64,000 nt of DNA from an uncultured virus (IMG/VR IMGVR_UViG_3300030101_003124) (lineage: Duplodnaviria > Heunggongvirae > Uroviricota > Caudoviricetes > Crassvirales): positions 1-64,000 of IMG/VR virus record IMGVR_UViG_3300030101_003124, one strand, 5' to 3'. The notes below the pieces were generated by a model. It did not search any database, was not told where the DNA came from, and saw nothing but the letters and a program-made list of their open reading frames with translations. Below, in pieces: positions 51,058 to 59,384 of the stretch (position 1 is the stretch's first letter; every line of letters starts with the position of its first letter). Both the position numbers and the translations under genes were made by a program.

Positions 51058-51341
51058 TGGCAAATCAAATTGGAGAAAACACAAAGGTAACATTAGACCT
51101 TAAAACAATAGGTATTATTGTAGGTTTTACAATTACTTTAGCAAGTATGTATTTTGTAATGCAAGCAGATATAGCTAAAGCTATGGAACTACCAGCACCT
51201 GTTATTGATAGAGTTGAATATGATTTAAAAGATGAATTAATTCGTCAGACAATTATGGATACGCAAGAAGACGTAGAAGAAATTAAAGAAACTATTGACA
51301 AGATAGATCAAAGATTATACGAAATACAAAGAAACAGGTAA
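51057..51341 (+). CDS. Single-TM coiled-coil protein, 94 aa
   Basis: TIGIIVGFTITLASMYFVM followed by heptads; TAATG overlaps on both sides. Confidence 0.7.
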   Translation: MANQIGENTKVTLDLKTIGIIVGFTITLASMYFVMQADIAKAMELPAPVIDRVEYDLKDELIRQTIMDTQEDVEEIKETIDKIDQRLYEIQRNR

Positions 51342-51784
51342 TGAAAGAAAAAACTAAAATTTTTATAATGTATATGCTTATTTTAATACTAGCATTTACA
51401 GCTAGCCTTGCAATGGCACAATCAGACGTGCCAGAAAAATATTGGATAGATGATACTAATTTTGAAGAAAAAATAAATATAAAAGAGGCTTTTGGAGACG
51501 ATAACAACAAACCTGTTGTAGTTGAGTTTTGGGCAAAGTTTAACGAAGTAAACTGTTTTGCTGAGTGGGATCAGTTAGAAGATGCTATTTATTATAGAGT
51601 TGATATAGCTAAAGCTCCAACAGCTAAAAAGAAATACAAAGTCCGTATGGCACCAACTATTATAATATATAAAGATGGTTTTAAAGAAGAAGTTTTTAAA
51701 GCAGGTTTAGATCTTGAATTACCTGCAGGTCTCGAAGAAATTCAAGAAGCAATAAATGAAGTTAATAACGCAAGTAAATTTTAA
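51341..51784 (+). CDS. Exported thioredoxin-fold protein lacking CxxC
   Basis: Signal peptide; PVVVEFWAKFN..YRVDI..YKVRMAPTIIIYKDG. Confidence 0.7.
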   Translation: MKEKTKIFIMYMLILILAFTASLAMAQSDVPEKYWIDDTNFEEKINIKEAFGDDNNKPVVVEFWAKFNEVNCFAEWDQLEDAIYYRVDIAKAPTAKKKYKVRMAPTIIIYKDGFKEEVFKAGLDLELPAGLEEIQEAINEVNNASKF

Positions 51785-52142
51785 GCTATGTGTCCTTTTT
51801 GTCCTATTTGCATTTGTAAGTAATGCACAATTATTAAGTGAAAAAGATAAACAGTTACATTTTGTAGCTGGTAGCTTGGCTAGTGCAACCGGCTATACGT
51901 ATGTGTGGAACAAAACAAAGGATAAAAAATTATCTTTAATGGCTGGTATAGGTACTTCTATATTAGCTGGATCAATAAAAGAAATATTAGACTCTACTCA
52001 ACCAGGTAACAAGTTTGACACAAGAGATCTAACCGCTACAGCACTTGGCGGTATAACTGTAAGTGTTACAATTAATTTATTTAATAATGATAAATCTAAT
52101 AAAAAAGTTCGTAAAAGACGTTTGGGCGTATTTATGGAGTAA
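51756..52142 (+). CDS. YfiM/DUF2279-like membrane protein
   Basis: DKQLHF..AGSIKEILD..FDTRDLTATALG. Confidence 0.6.
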   Translation: MKLITQVNFKLCVLFVLFAFVSNAQLLSEKDKQLHFVAGSLASATGYTYVWNKTKDKKLSLMAGIGTSILAGSIKEILDSTQPGNKFDTRDLTATALGGITVSVTINLFNNDKSNKKVRKRRLGVFME

Positions 52143-52326
52143 AACTACAGTAGATGAAAAAGCAATTGCTACTGTAAAAGAAATAAAGAAAAGATATAAG
52201 CTAACTGCAGAAGAACTTGCAGATGTAGCTAAAGCAATAAAAGAAGTTGGAAACCAATTAGGTGACATTGATGACGCTATTGCTGGTAAAGCACGTAAAG
52301 GTAGAAAAAGTGGAAAGACTAAGTAA
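52087..52326 (+). CDS. Small amphipathic/coiled-coil protein; likely start MINLIKK
   Basis: ORF track 52063..52326. Confidence 0.55.
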   Translation: MINLIKKFVKDVWAYLWSKTTVDEKAIATVKEIKKRYKLTAEELADVAKAIKEVGNQLGDIDDAIAGKARKGRKSGKTK

Positions 52327-52774
52327 ACACGTAAGTTATCGCGAAGGTGTGTATAGCAGAACAGCAGAGAGACTTGGATTAAAAAATGATCCCTCTGATG
52401 TTCATTTAACAAACATGAAGCTTATTGCAGAAAAAGTATTTGAACCTCTTAGAGAGTTTGTAGGAGGTCCTATAAAGATAAATTCATTTTATCGTGGACC
52501 TGAACTTAACAAAGCTATTGGTGGTTCATCAAAATCTCAACATTGTCATGGTCAAGCAATTGACATTGATGATACATTTGGACATGCTACTAATGCTGTT
52601 ATGTTTAAATGGATAAGAGAAAACATAGACTTTGATCAGATGATATGGGAGTTCGGCACTGACAAAAATCCTAACTGGGTTCACGTTAGTTACGTAAGTC
52701 CTGAGTCTAATAGAAAAAGATGCTTAAAAGCATATAAAGACAAAAACAATAAAACAAACTACAAAATAATATAA
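52310..52774 (+). CDS. Peptidase M15-family endolysin; likely GTG start at 52310
   Basis: PIKINSFYR..LNKAIGGS..SQHCHGQAIDI..WVHVSY. Confidence 0.85.
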   Translation: MERLSKHVSYREGVYSRTAERLGLKNDPSDVHLTNMKLIAEKVFEPLREFVGGPIKINSFYRGPELNKAIGGSSKSQHCHGQAIDIDDTFGHATNAVMFKWIRENIDFDQMIWEFGTDKNPNWVHVSYVSPESNRKRCLKAYKDKNNKTNYKII

Positions 52775-52776
52775 CT

Positions 52777-53046
52777 ATGGCAAAGAAAAAAGGTAAAGGT
52801 TTAAAAAGCGCTTGCTGGTCAGGTTACGAAGCTATCGGCATGAAGAAAAAAGGCGGTAGGATGGTACCTAACTGCGTTCCTATAACTAAGAAAGTAAAAA
52901 AATCGCCAGCTAAAATAGCTCCATTATTAGCAGCTGCTGTACCAATGGTTGGTAAAGCAATTGCGGGTGCTGTTGCAAATAAAGCTGTTAACGCAGTATC
53001 AAAATACTCACCTGCTAAAGCTGGTTGTGGTAATCATAAAAAATAA
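52777..53046 (+). CDS. Small basic protein with CWxGY..VPNCVP motif and two SPAK motifs
   Basis: ORF track; leader AATATAACT-ATG. Confidence 0.65.
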   Translation: MAKKKGKGLKSACWSGYEAIGMKKKGGRMVPNCVPITKKVKKSPAKIAPLLAAAVPMVGKAIAGAVANKAVNAVSKYSPAKAGCGNHKK

Positions 53047-53049
53047 GAT

Positions 53050-53466
53050 ATGTGGTTAAAAAGAGTTAATAGCACTACAAACAATACGTTTAATTACGAC
53101 TGTCATACAGAGTGTAAAACCTGTGGTAGTCCAGCTAAACATTGTGGTTGTGGTATTATAGGACCTAAAAAAATAGGTGACGCACCATATCCATCTCCAG
53201 CTAAAAAGAAAAAAAGTAACGAACCTAGAAAAACTACTAAAGGTAAAGGGCGTAACTTTCGTACTACAAAAGAAGGTGCAGGTATGACTGAAAAAGGTGT
53301 AAAAGAGTATAGAAAGAAAAATCCTGGTAGTAAATTAAAGACAGCTGTAACAGGTAAAGTAAAACCTGGTAGCAAAGCTGCTAAACGTAGAAAATCATTT
53401 TGCGCTAGATCAAAAGGTTGGACCGGTGAAAGAGGTCGAGCTGCTAGACGTAGATGGAAATGCTAA
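53050..53466 (+). CDS. Basic Cys-rich protein (RRKSFCAR...RRWKC) with two SPAK motifs
   Basis: ORF track. Confidence 0.7.
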   Translation: MWLKRVNSTTNNTFNYDCHTECKTCGSPAKHCGCGIIGPKKIGDAPYPSPAKKKKSNEPRKTTKGKGRNFRTTKEGAGMTEKGVKEYRKKNPGSKLKTAVTGKVKPGSKAAKRRKSFCARSKGWTGERGRAARRRWKC

Positions 53467-53470
53467 AATT

Positions 53471-53686
53471 ATGTGGAAATTATTTGAAGATAAAAACAAC
53501 ATTAACGAAAAGAACATAATAGGTTTTGCTTCTTTTATAGTAATGGTTTTGTTTGCTGTGGCTGACTTACTAACAAGTCTTATAGCAGATAAAGATCTTA
53601 TTATTAATGAAGTAGTTTATAATTCTTTCGTGTGGGTTACACTTGGATGTTTTGGCATATCTGCTGTAGAAAAAATAAAGAAATAA
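53471..53686 (+). CDS. Two-TM membrane protein, holin candidate; likely start MWKLFED
   Basis: Two hydrophobic helices; last gene of the + strand block. Confidence 0.55.
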   Translation: MWKLFEDKNNINEKNIIGFASFIVMVLFAVADLLTSLIADKDLIINEVVYNSFVWVTLGCFGISAVEKIKK

Positions 53687-53716
53687 AAAAAAGGGGCTTT
53701 CGCCCCTTTAATTTTA
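53685..53716. terminator. Bidirectional rho-independent terminator between convergent blocks
   Basis: A-run, AAAGGGGC-TTTC-GCCCCTTT, T-rich tail. Confidence 0.85.
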
Positions 53717-55435
53717 TCCATCGCAACTTAAACAATCTTCACTCATAGCTTGTTTAGCTATATCTCCTCTGAGAACTGATTCTGTTCTCATATAATACAA
53801 AGTTTTAATTCCTTTCTTCCAAGCTTCTAAATGTATTTTATTTATCCATTTAGGTTCTGCTTGTGAAGGAAAAGCTAAGTTTAAACTAACAGACTGATCT
53901 ATGTACTGTTGACGTATACCCGCCTGATTAACTAGTTCTAGTTGATTTATTTCCTTAAATGTTTTGTAAACTTCTTTTATAGGCACGTTGTGTTCTCCAA
54001 TAGTAATTTTGTCTAATTGTTTTATACCTTGTACTGAACCACCGTCTTTTAAAATTTGATTCCATATTTTATCTGTATTTAAATTATTCTTTTTTAATTC
54101 TTGTACCAACGTAGGGTTCTTACGAATGAACGTACCTTTAGCAGATTGCTCTGTAAAAACATTAGCAGCCCATGGCTCAACTCCAGGGCTAATATTACCA
54201 GAGAGCTTGCTATTACTAACAGTAGGAGCGATAGCTCTAAGATGTGTGTTCCTAAATCCTGTGCCAACGCACCAAAGCGGTTCGCCGAACGTTTCAGCAA
54301 GTGCCATGCTTGCTCTTTCCGATTCAATTTTGATTTGTGAAAATATTCTTCTTGTTTCATATTGTGCTAATAATCCTTCAAAAGGTAAACCTTTTTGTTG
54401 TAAATAAGTATGCCAACCTAATACTCCTAATCCTAGTGCTCTACCTTTTTCAGCAGATCTTATAGAGTTTTCAAAACCTTTTCTATATTTAGCTTTTTGT
54501 ATAAACTCTTCTAACACTCCATCTAAAAACCATATACTATCGTATATTAAATTAGAGTTTTTCCACTCTTTATATTTAGCTAGATTTAAACTAGATAAAC
54601 AACATACAAAACTATGGTTTTCATCTGTATGTAATACTATTTCACTGCATATATTAGTCATAAACACTTTTAAAGCATTGTCTTTATACGCAGCAGGGTT
54701 GTTCTTGTTAATATTACCTTTAAACATTATATAGGGTTCGCCTGTAGCTTTACGCTTTTGTAATAACTTACCCCATTTACGTCTTGCAACTTTATCACCA
54801 GCCATGAGTTTACGCATAAACTTATCGCCAATAACAGTACACTGATGCATGTTTAGTGATTGTCTATTAATATCACCTTTAGGTTCTCTTATTTCCAACC
54901 AGTCTTCCCAATCTTTATGTTCTATATTCAAGTTAACTGACGCAGCACCTCTACGGACAGCACCTTGATTTGTAGCTAATATAGTTGAATCATATATTTT
55001 ACAAAAAGGTACTACTCCGTCCGACGTGCCATTCATTGTTATCTCTGCACCTGCAGGCCTGATCTGGTTAATACCAATACCAACACCACCTCCGTGCTTT
55101 GCGAGTAACATCATCTCTAAATTTTTAGTTCCAATATCAATTATACTATCTGCAACATCAATACCAAAACAACTGATTGGTAAACCCCTATCAGTTCCTG
55201 TATTAGAGAGTACAGGAGACGCTAAGCATAACCAACCTTTCCATATATAATCAAAGAAAGTTTCAGCCATCTCAGGTCTTTTTAAACGTTTAGCTACAGT
55301 TGTAGCCACACGCATGTAAGCTTCTCTAGGTGTTTCACCGTTATATAAGTAACCACCTTGTATTGTTTTTTTATATACGTCAGCTTCTGCCCAATCTGGG
55401 TAGTCCTGACCTTTTATCCATCTATTACTCCACAT
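53714..55435 (-). CDS. nrdA: Class I ribonucleotide reductase alpha subunit with no evident ATP cone; likely start MWSNRW
   Basis: LPISCF, TNICSEI, CCLSSLNL, AIAPT, KTLYY, C-terminal CLSC. Confidence 0.95.
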   Translation of the reverse strand: MWSNRWIKGQDYPDWAEADVYKKTIQGGYLYNGETPREAYMRVATTVAKRLKRPEMAETFFDYIWKGWLCLASPVLSNTGTDRGLPISCFGIDVADSIIDIGTKNLEMMLLAKHGGGVGIGINQIRPAGAEITMNGTSDGVVPFCKIYDSTILATNQGAVRRGAASVNLNIEHKDWEDWLEIREPKGDINRQSLNMHQCTVIGDKFMRKLMAGDKVARRKWGKLLQKRKATGEPYIMFKGNINKNNPAAYKDNALKVFMTNICSEIVLHTDENHSFVCCLSSLNLAKYKEWKNSNLIYDSIWFLDGVLEEFIQKAKYRKGFENSIRSAEKGRALGLGVLGWHTYLQQKGLPFEGLLAQYETRRIFSQIKIESERASMALAETFGEPLWCVGTGFRNTHLRAIAPTVSNSKLSGNISPGVEPWAANVFTEQSAKGTFIRKNPTLVQELKKNNLNTDKIWNQILKDGGSVQGIKQLDKITIGEHNVPIKEVYKTFKEINQLELVNQAGIRQQYIDQSVSLNLAFPSQAEPKWINKIHLEAWKKGIKTLYYMRTESVLRGDIAKQAMSEDCLSCDG

Positions 55436-55686
55436 TATGCTATTAAGTGTTTTGTCCAAGCAACTAAACCATTGATGTTTAGCGCTACTAAGTTCCATTG
55501 TTTTCTAGCTGCAACCTGTATTAACACGCAGCAAAAACCAGCTATGTATAATTTAGGTTCTAACGTCCAGTGTGCTGCTAATAAACAGCCCGCACCAAAA
55601 TAACCTACCCTACTAGCTAGTCTTTCGCTAGGTGTTAATTTTTTATTACGTACTAGAAACTTCATTATTTTATATTTAGTTCCCAT
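55435..55686 (-). CDS. Small membrane protein, 83 aa
   Basis: Hydrophobic segments; TAATG-coupled to nrdA. Confidence 0.65.
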   Translation of the reverse strand: MGTKYKIMKFLVRNKKLTPSERLASRVGYFGAGCLLAAHWTLEPKLYIAGFCCVLIQVAARKQWNLVALNINGLVAWTKHLIA

Positions 55687-55931
55687 TATTTATATAAATC
55701 TTTATATATATCATCTTCTGTTATATCGATATTATTCATAATATTTAATCTATTACCATATATCTTCGAAATCTTCTCCTTCATTCGCTTTGCTGTAGTC
55801 TGTTGGGCGTATCGCGAAAAAGTCAGTATGAGTATGCCCGCCGGTAAGATGGTAAAACCAATCAAGATTATTTGCTGAAGCCTCGTCATACTTGAAAACT
55901 CCTTTATAACCGAGTTCAACAAGTTTTTCAT
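55686..55931 (-). CDS. Candidate gene overlapping the nrdB 3' end in the +1 frame
   Basis: Stop is TAATG-coupled to the next gene; nrdB uses atypical codons in the overlap. Confidence 0.4.
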   Translation of the reverse strand: MKNLLNSVIKEFSSMTRLQQIILIGFTILPAGILILTFSRYAQQTTAKRMKEKISKIYGNRLNIMNNIDITEDDIYKDLYK

Positions 55932-56712
55932 TTAGTCTTTTTTTAATAAATTGTTTTAAATCGTTTGCTTTTAAATTTTCTATGTCACCCATTTCAAACA
56001 TTTTATCAATATACTTCATTTCAGCATCGTGCATTGCGCTAGCCGCATCAACAACAGCTTCTTTGCAATCTTTTAAAAGATCTTTATCTTCTTCACACAT
56101 ATGTCTAAATAATCTACATCCCATTTTACTATGTAATGATTCGTCTCTTACAGACCATTTCATTTGTTGTCCAATTCCTTTGAGCATGTTTCGCATTTGA
56201 AAGCTGTACAATACTGCAAAAGCGGAGTATAAAGAAACACCTTCAGCAAAAGCGGAAAATACCGCCAAGCTTTTAGCAATTTCTTTTTTATCATTTCCTT
56301 CATATCCTACTAAATTATCAAAACGTTCCATTGTTGCTTCGTCTTGCAAGAACGCTTCAAAGTTTTCTAATCCTAATGTTTCATTTAAGTAACTATAAGC
56401 TACTGCGTGTATTGTCTCTTGTGATCCAAACATCATAGCCATTTGTTGTATCTCGTGTTTAGGAAACCATGATACAACTTTTTGTGTCCAGTAATCACTT
56501 ACTGCACATTCAGTCTGAGCAAAACCTAGTAGTATATTTCCTACTAAGTTTTTTTCAGCTGGTGTTAACTTTTCGTTCCAGTCTTTTACATCTCCACTCA
56601 TTGGTATTTCTGTATGTAACCAAAACGCCTGAGCTTGTTTTAACCAACCTTCTGTGTAATACTCAGGGTACTCAAAAGGTTTATATGGTATTCTTTGATC
56701 AAATAATCCCAT
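55753..56712 (-). CDS. nrdB: Class I ribonucleotide reductase beta subunit; likely start MGLFDQR
   Basis: FWLHTEI, QETIHAVAYS, AEGVSLYSAF, RDESLH, TDFF. Confidence 0.95.
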   Translation of the reverse strand: MGLFDQRIPYKPFEYPEYYTEGWLKQAQAFWLHTEIPMSGDVKDWNEKLTPAEKNLVGNILLGFAQTECAVSDYWTQKVVSWFPKHEIQQMAMMFGSQETIHAVAYSYLNETLGLENFEAFLQDEATMERFDNLVGYEGNDKKEIAKSLAVFSAFAEGVSLYSAFAVLYSFQMRNMLKGIGQQMKWSVRDESLHSKMGCRLFRHMCEEDKDLLKDCKEAVVDAASAMHDAEMKYIDKMFEMGDIENLKANDLKQFIKKRLNEKLVELGYKGVFKYDEASANNLDWFYHLTGGHTHTDFFAIRPTDYSKANEGEDFEDIW

Positions 56713-56716
56713 TTTC

Positions 56717-56857
56717 TTAATAATATGTTGTGTAACAAATATCAAAGAAGCCTAAGTATAATACATAGTCTATCTTTGAGTTATCTATATCTTCGTACTG
56801 TCTTATTCCAAACAGTACTCCTGGCACTAAGCCAATATTAATTTCCCATGCTTTCAT
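56717..56857 (-). CDS. Small protein, 46 aa (MKAWEINIGLVPGVLFG...)
   Basis: Manual translation; ATGA overlap with the upstream ORF. Confidence 0.55.
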   Translation of the reverse strand: MKAWEINIGLVPGVLFGIRQYEDIDNSKIDYVLYLGFFDICYTTYY

Positions 56858-56988
56858 CTACCTTGTCCTTTATAACGTTTAACATAATTTTTACTACCTT
56901 TGCATTTAGACGTTTTAGTTTTAGCATGAACGCCTGGTCGTTTTTTTCTAGCTGGTTTATATATATGCACTGATACTTTTCTAGCCAT
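56854..56988 (-). CDS. Small basic protein, 44 aa (MARKVSVHIYKPARKKRPGVHAK...YKGQGR)
   Basis: Manual translation; fills the operon gap with overlaps on both sides. Confidence 0.6.
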   Translation of the reverse strand: MARKVSVHIYKPARKKRPGVHAKTKTSKCKGSKNYVKRYKGQGR

Positions 56989-57439
56989 TTTTCATTTGTT
57001 TTAATATTAGTTCTACAGTCATATCACACTCTTTTTGGTTTTGTGGTTTATATAGTGTAAAAGGTCCTAATCTTCTTTCAGCTACTAACTTTTTAAATAT
57101 TTTCCAACGTAGTGGAAAAGACTCATTAGCTCTACCTTTACACTCAATAATCCAGCCTTTACCTATAAAGTCTGGTGTGTATTTCATGTTTAATATTTTC
57201 TTATTACCTCTGTCTTTATAATCACCTTTACCATTGCTACATCTTTCGTAACATGAAAAAGGAAAATCAAATGATTCTATAAGTTCAAAGGTTTGGCCTT
57301 CGTATAAAGCGTGTATTTTAGCTTTCTTTAAAGCTTGATACATATACTTTTCTAAACCAGAAGCAAAGGTTATCCCGTCAACAGTAATTTTCTTACTATT
57401 AACAGGACCTTTCTTTTTTCTTCTATAATTCTTCCTCAT
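56981..57439 (-). CDS. PD-(D/E)xK nuclease, T7 endonuclease I/DUF1064-like resolvase
   Basis: GITFASGLE..YTPDF..IIECKG. Confidence 0.8.
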   Translation of the reverse strand: MRKNYRRKKKGPVNSKKITVDGITFASGLEKYMYQALKKAKIHALYEGQTFELIESFDFPFSCYERCSNGKGDYKDRGNKKILNMKYTPDFIGKGWIIECKGRANESFPLRWKIFKKLVAERRLGPFTLYKPQNQKECDMTVELILKQMKNG

Positions 57440-57722
57440 CGTTTACAATATATTCTTTTCCAGTTTCAGGGTCTTTCCCATAATACCGTTGAATCATAGC
57501 TTCTTCAACTTCATCTTGCAAACATCTTTTTGCTGCTTCAATATATAATAACGCATCCATTATTTCTTCTTGTACATCTGTAAGAAACATATGTAAATCT
57601 TTTTTACCTGTTTCTATTTCGTCTTGCATTGTTTGACCATATTTTTTTTGACCAATAATACTTCGACTATCCATTTTTTGTATTACCGCTTGTACAATAG
57701 CGTCTGTTGTTTTAATTTTCAT
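57423..57722 (-). CDS. Putative all-alpha NTP pyrophosphatase-like protein
   Basis: GQKKYG..QEEIMDALLY. Confidence 0.5.
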   Translation of the reverse strand: MKIKTTDAIVQAVIQKMDSRSIIGQKKYGQTMQDEIETGKKDLHMFLTDVQEEIMDALLYIEAAKRCLQDEVEEAMIQRYYGKDPETGKEYIVNDEEEL

Positions 57723-58507
57723 CTTTTACAAATGTTCCGTTAATCATTTTACCTTTTCGTTTACTTATCACGTTGTATGCTTCTGCTATACACGTTTCTA
57801 TATTTGTTCCGTGTAAATGTGCTAGGTTTGTTAATACAACAACCATGTCACCGATAGCGTCATTTATCTCATCATGATCGTTATTTAATAATGCCTGAGC
57901 CAGTTCGCCAGCTTCTTCTTGAAGTTTTACATANNNNNNNNNNGATTGTGTTACCTTTATCATAAAGACCTCGTTGCTCTGCCCAGTCTCTAATATTTTG
58001 AAACATTTTTAAAGGTTTTTTGGAGCACTTGGCTGTTGTTGGTTTTTCGAACACATCATTGTTGTCGTAAAACCTAGCAAATGCTTTGTTGTACACATAA
58101 CATCTTTCGTTATTATACATTGAAGTTTTTACGTTTCTCATTATCCAGTCTATTGTTTTAGGCGTTACATCTAGTTGACCGTGCTCGGTTTTCCAGTTCA
58201 TACCTATATTGTCAAACAATCTACCTTTTAATTTGTCAACAGGACAAGGAAACGTAGTGGTCTGTTCAGTAATATTTATATTCATTTTTTTATTTGGTTT
58301 AAGGTTTTTATATGGTACCATATCTACACGATAACCATATTCTTTTTGTAATTCTAGTTCTTTAGAAGATATAAAATCTACATCTTCTGATTTTTCTAGT
58401 ATTTCATACTCATCAGGATTATAGCCTTGTTGAACAGTGACCCGGTTATTAAGATCACACGTAACACCTATCTTTTTACCTGGTATATGATAAATATAAT
58501 ATGTCAT
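57712..58507 (-). CDS. GIY-YIG-like plus MazG-like fusion protein, split by an N gap
   Basis: YYIYHIPGKKIGVTCDLNNR N-terminus; IRDWAEQRGL...KLQEEAGEL..DAIGDMVVVL on either side of Ns at 57934-57943. Confidence 0.7.
57934..57943. other. Assembly gap (10 N)
   Basis: Run of n characters. Confidence 1.
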
Positions 58508-59145
58508 AGTTTATCTTCGTATATATGCATGTTATGCGCGTGATGATAATACCATCCAATGTCAATATTTAATCTCTCTGCAATTAATTCTTGTAATGAT
58601 GCAAATTGGTATTGATCGTTACAAAAACCGTACCAGAGGTCATTAGAACGCATATAAACAGACATATTTAGTTTATTGTTAAGTATTGTAAATTGAACAG
58701 CATATGTACAAGGAGTATCAAACTCATATGTATTATGTTCTTTACAGTCATATATACTTATTGCTGCATGTCTAGTATTAGGGTTTGACTTTAGCTTGTT
58801 AACTACATAATCTATTTGATGATTACGTTGCCATTGCCAACCATAGTTACTTCTTACAGTACCGTTCTCATCAGCCATACGTTGCCATATCGCTGGTATT
58901 TTTCCATAAATCTCTCCTAGTTTTCCAATACTTGGATTACCTGATAGATACCACTGCCACTCAGCCTCAGCATATTCTTTTTTCCATTTACGCCAAGTTG
59001 CTGTAATGTTTTTATCAGAAGGATCGTCTAAATAAAAACCGCAGTTAAATATAGCTTTTGTGTTATCAAACGGTATACCTTCAAACGCTATATATTCTTG
59101 AAGATATTCAAAAGCTTCGTTTGCATTAAAAAAATTATCTTTCAT
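58504..59145 (-). CDS. Thymidylate-synthase-fold enzyme, T4 gp42-like dCMP hydroxymethylase type; likely start MKDNFF
   Basis: SNYGW, DTPCTYAVQF, MRSNDLWYGFCND, HNMHIY. Confidence 0.75.
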   Translation of the reverse strand: MKDNFFNANEAFEYLQEYIAFEGIPFDNTKAIFNCGFYLDDPSDKNITATWRKWKKEYAEAEWQWYLSGNPSIGKLGEIYGKIPAIWQRMADENGTVRSNYGWQWQRNHQIDYVVNKLKSNPNTRHAAISIYDCKEHNTYEFDTPCTYAVQFTILNNKLNMSVYMRSNDLWYGFCNDQYQFASLQELIAERLNIDIGWYYHHAHNMHIYEDKL

Positions 59146-59368
59146 ATTTTTTATAATAATAGTTATAATATTCGTACATTTTCTCCCAGACATCTGTTGG
59201 TCCATAAGCTTCAGGGCTCATATATTTTCTACCGTTGATACTTATTTCTAATTTCCAAAGCCTGTGTCTGTAACCTGTTTCTACAGGAGTAATAAATATT
59301 TTATTTTTAAAACACCATAGATGAGCTTCTTGATTTGCTTGATCAAAAGCAAATTTGTTTTCACCCAT
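59135..59368 (-). CDS. Hypothetical protein; likely start MGENKF
   Basis: ORF track 59135..59407. Confidence 0.65.
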   Translation of the reverse strand: MGENKFAFDQANQEAHLWCFKNKIFITPVETGYRHRLWKLEISINGRKYMSPEAYGPTDVWEKMYEYYNYYYKKYER

Positions 59369-59384
59369 ATATTTCTTTTTATTA

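Noticed and set aside
3143..53686. Stop-codon reassignment as in some crAss-like phages
   Set aside because: Genes are full length and tightly packed under the standard code, and TAA, TAG and TGA all end genes
57881..57963. Apparent frameshift or pseudogene in the MazG-like gene
   Set aside because: The frame change coincides with a 10-N placeholder gap and is most simply an assembly artefact
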